Source of the DNA: an uncultured Alphaproteobacteria bacterium | GTDB lineage: Bacteria > Pseudomonadota > Alphaproteobacteria > Rhizobiales > Xanthobacteraceae | Assembly: GCA_963816655.1 (NCBI GenBank) | Contig: CAWFLW010000010.1 | Coordinates: 89,512 to 153,511, forward strand | Direction: 5' to 3' | Length of the DNA: 64,000 bases | Translations under genes and position numbers: made by a program | The notes under the pieces: generated by a model | Seen by the model: the letters and a program-made list of their open reading frames with translations, nothing else | The model's database searches: none | Told to the model about the DNA's origin: nothing | Shown: positions 62,229 through 64,000 of the stretch, one piece after another | Layout of the letters: each line of letters opens with the position of its first letter | Position numbering within the stretch: position 1 is the first letter of the stretch

Positions 62229-63073
62229 ATGTTGATGGTGCTGTTAGGCGCTGGAATAGGCTTGCTGGTGGCGGGCATTGCCGCGCTTGGTTATGGAATT
62301 TCGATCAAGGAATTCGGCTTAGGCAATACGCTGATCCTTGCCGGCACCGTTGCGGCCAGCTCGGGCCTGCTCATGGTTGGCCTTTGGGCCTTAACGCGCG
62401 AATTGAAGGCGCTGGTGCAACGGCTCGGTGCCGGCGCCGCTGCCACGCTGCAGCCTCCGCTTCCCATGGAGCCGACGCTTGCGCCGGCTCTGGCGCCACC
62501 ACCGCCGCGCAATCAGCCCGCGGCGGACATGGCTGCCGCCGCCGATCCCGATGCGCCGCCGCCCTGGGTCGAGGATCGCGGCCTGCAGACGCTCCGCCCG
62601 TGCCGCCGCCGGTCGAAGCCGCTCCGCCGGCCAAGTCGAAGCGCAACCTGCTGTTCTCGTCGAGCTCGCGCAAGGAGCGCGAACGTGCGGCCTCACGCGC
62701 CAGCGAGCCGCTGGCGCCGGATCTGTTGTCGGCCGATCTCCGTCCCAATCCGACGGAAGCGCCGCGGTTGCAGAACCGGCCGCACCGCAGCCGCCCAATT
62801 TCGACGACGCCTGGCCAAAGGCAGATCGCGCAAGGCCTGGCGAAGCGCCGCCCCGGCGCAGCCCCCGCGCGCCGTCGACCTTCAACGAGGCCGGCAGCAC
62901 AAGCGGGCCCGCGCGAGGAAACGCCGCAAGTCACGGTGCTGAAGTCCGGCGTGGTCGACGGCATGGCCTATTCGCTCTACTCCGACGGCTCGATCGAAGC
63001 GCAGATGCCGGAAGGCATGATGCGCTTTGCCTCGATCGACGAACTGCGCTCGCATCTCGACCAGCGGCCGTAG
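62229..63073 (+). CDS. Conserved hypothetical membrane protein, Pro-rich (indels)
   Basis: Two N-terminal TMs (EFGLGNTLI); C-terminal VLKSGVVDGMAYSLYSDGSIEAQMPEG..RFASIDELR. Confidence 0.75.
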
Positions 63074-63172
63074 AGCATGATCCGGAAAAGTGTGAAGCGG
63101 TTTTCCGAAAAGATCATGCTCAAACAAAAAGTTAGAACGAGATGACGATCGACGTGACGTCTCCGCTCTAAG
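63071..63172 (+). repeat. GCATGATC-family repeat (cleanest copy) starting at a TAG stop codon
   Basis: TAGAGCATGATCCGGAAAAGTGTGAAGCGGTTTTCCGAAAAGATCATGCTCAAACAAAAAGTTAG... Confidence 0.85.
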
Positions 63173-63330
63173 TACTGATCTTGCTCCCCAGAATAGAGCG
63201 GCGCCGTTCTTGTCATGGCGTCGCTAATCCGCTCATATTCGACAAGTAGTTCACCCGAGCGCGAGCGTATTGCCGCGCGCGATACTTTGGTATCAACAGG
63301 CTGTTTTTCGACCTGGAGAAGGCGCTGGTC

Positions 63331-63747
63331 ATGACGGATGCCACGGCCAAGAATTTCATCGACCTGACCGCAAACATCGTGTCGGCCTATCTGTCCAACA
63401 ACCCGACGCCGGCAGCGGAAATTCCGGCGCTGATCAGCCAGATCCATGCAGCCCTGGTGCGGGTTTCCATCGGCCGCACCGAGGCGCCGCTCGAGCCGGC
63501 AAAGCCTGCGGTTTCGATCAAGAAGTCGATCTCGCCCGACTATCTCGTGTGTCTGGAGGACGGCAAACGCTTCAAGTCGCTGAAGCGTCATCTGCGCACC
63601 CAGTACAACATGACGCCGGAGCAATATCGCGACAAATGGGGCTTGCCGCCCGACTATCCGATGGTGGCGCCGAACTATGCGGTGGCGCGCTCGCAGCTCG
63701 CCAAGGAAATGGGATTGGGCCAGCAGCGCCGCCGGCGCGTCAAATAA
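63331..63747 (+). CDS. mucR: MucR/Ros family transcriptional regulator
   Basis: LTANIVSAYLSNN, PAVSIKKS, CLEDGKRFKSLKRHL, YPMVAPNYA. Confidence 0.95.
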   Translation: MTDATAKNFIDLTANIVSAYLSNNPTPAAEIPALISQIHAALVRVSIGRTEAPLEPAKPAVSIKKSISPDYLVCLEDGKRFKSLKRHLRTQYNMTPEQYRDKWGLPPDYPMVAPNYAVARSQLAKEMGLGQQRRRRVK

Positions 63748-63763
63748 CGCGAGCCAAGAAGTT

Positions 63764-64000
63764 TCAGGACGCTGCCGCCAGCGCCTCGCGCGCATCGGTG
63801 CGGATGCGCTCGACCATCGCACGCAGGCCGTTGGAACGCTGCGGCGTCAGGTGATCGCGGAAGCCGAACTCGTCGAATACCTTGAGAGCGTCGGTTGCGA
63901 GAATTTCCTTTGGCGTATGGCCTGAATACAGCGTCAGAAAGAATCGCGATCAGGCCGCGCACGATATGCGCATCGCTGTCGCCGAGATAATTGAGCCGCG
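63764..64000 (-). CDS. sufE: SufE family Fe-S metabolism protein (5' truncated by window edge; indel)
   Basis: GDSDAHIVRGLIAIL...LTPQRSNGLRAMVERIR read manually on the minus strand. Confidence 0.85.

Noticed and set aside
4552-63073. Many split ORFs (imuA, MarR, Bug, OMT, cyclases, GGDEF, S8, scpA, mutase small subunit, folP/B/K, YjgR-like, GT39-like, IS30 transposase) suggesting mass pseudogenisation or programmed frameshifting
   Set aside because: Breaks are single-base indels scattered through even essential folate genes, with no in-frame nonsense mutations or slippery motifs; best explained as long-read consensus errors.

Overview
GC-rich alphaproteobacterial chromosomal segment; gene content and order look like Bradyrhizobium or a close relative. 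It carries many single-base indels typical of an unpolished long-read assembly, so many intact genes appear split. Core-like content: LexA-boxed imuA-imuB-dnaE2 mutagenesis cassette, CaiB CoA transferase, CzcB/CzcA-type RND pair, TolC, acetyl-CoA hydrolase, enoyl-CoA hydratase, EcfF/OsrA-like sigma/anti-sigma pair, DUF2336, a GGDEF protein, a second ECF sigma/anti-sigma/subtilase operon, TIGR03808/03809, pcp, meaB and methylmalonyl-CoA mutase, folPBK, YjgR-like ATPase, GT87, M20 peptidase, a GT39-like transferase, mucR and sufE. The most interesting signals are non-coding. (1) A ~420-nt highly structured putative ncRNA behind a near-consensus sigma70 promoter (13677-14130). (2) An adenylate cyclase-TPR gene bracketed by two directly repeated ~28-bp palindromic sites that resemble recombination sites; one is interrupted in its spacer by an IS30 (42543-45720). 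(3) Palindromic repeats recruited into coding sequence: an apparently in-frame ~50-aa insertion in DnaE2 and a repeat-derived RBS/start codon for ImuA. (4) An ECF/anti-sigma/S8 operon followed by a candidate sRNA, both preceded by GAAC-N17-CGAC. (5) An uncharacterised FAD-oxidase/hydrolase/'PEW'-domain cluster. No CRISPR array, rRNA or tRNA was seen.
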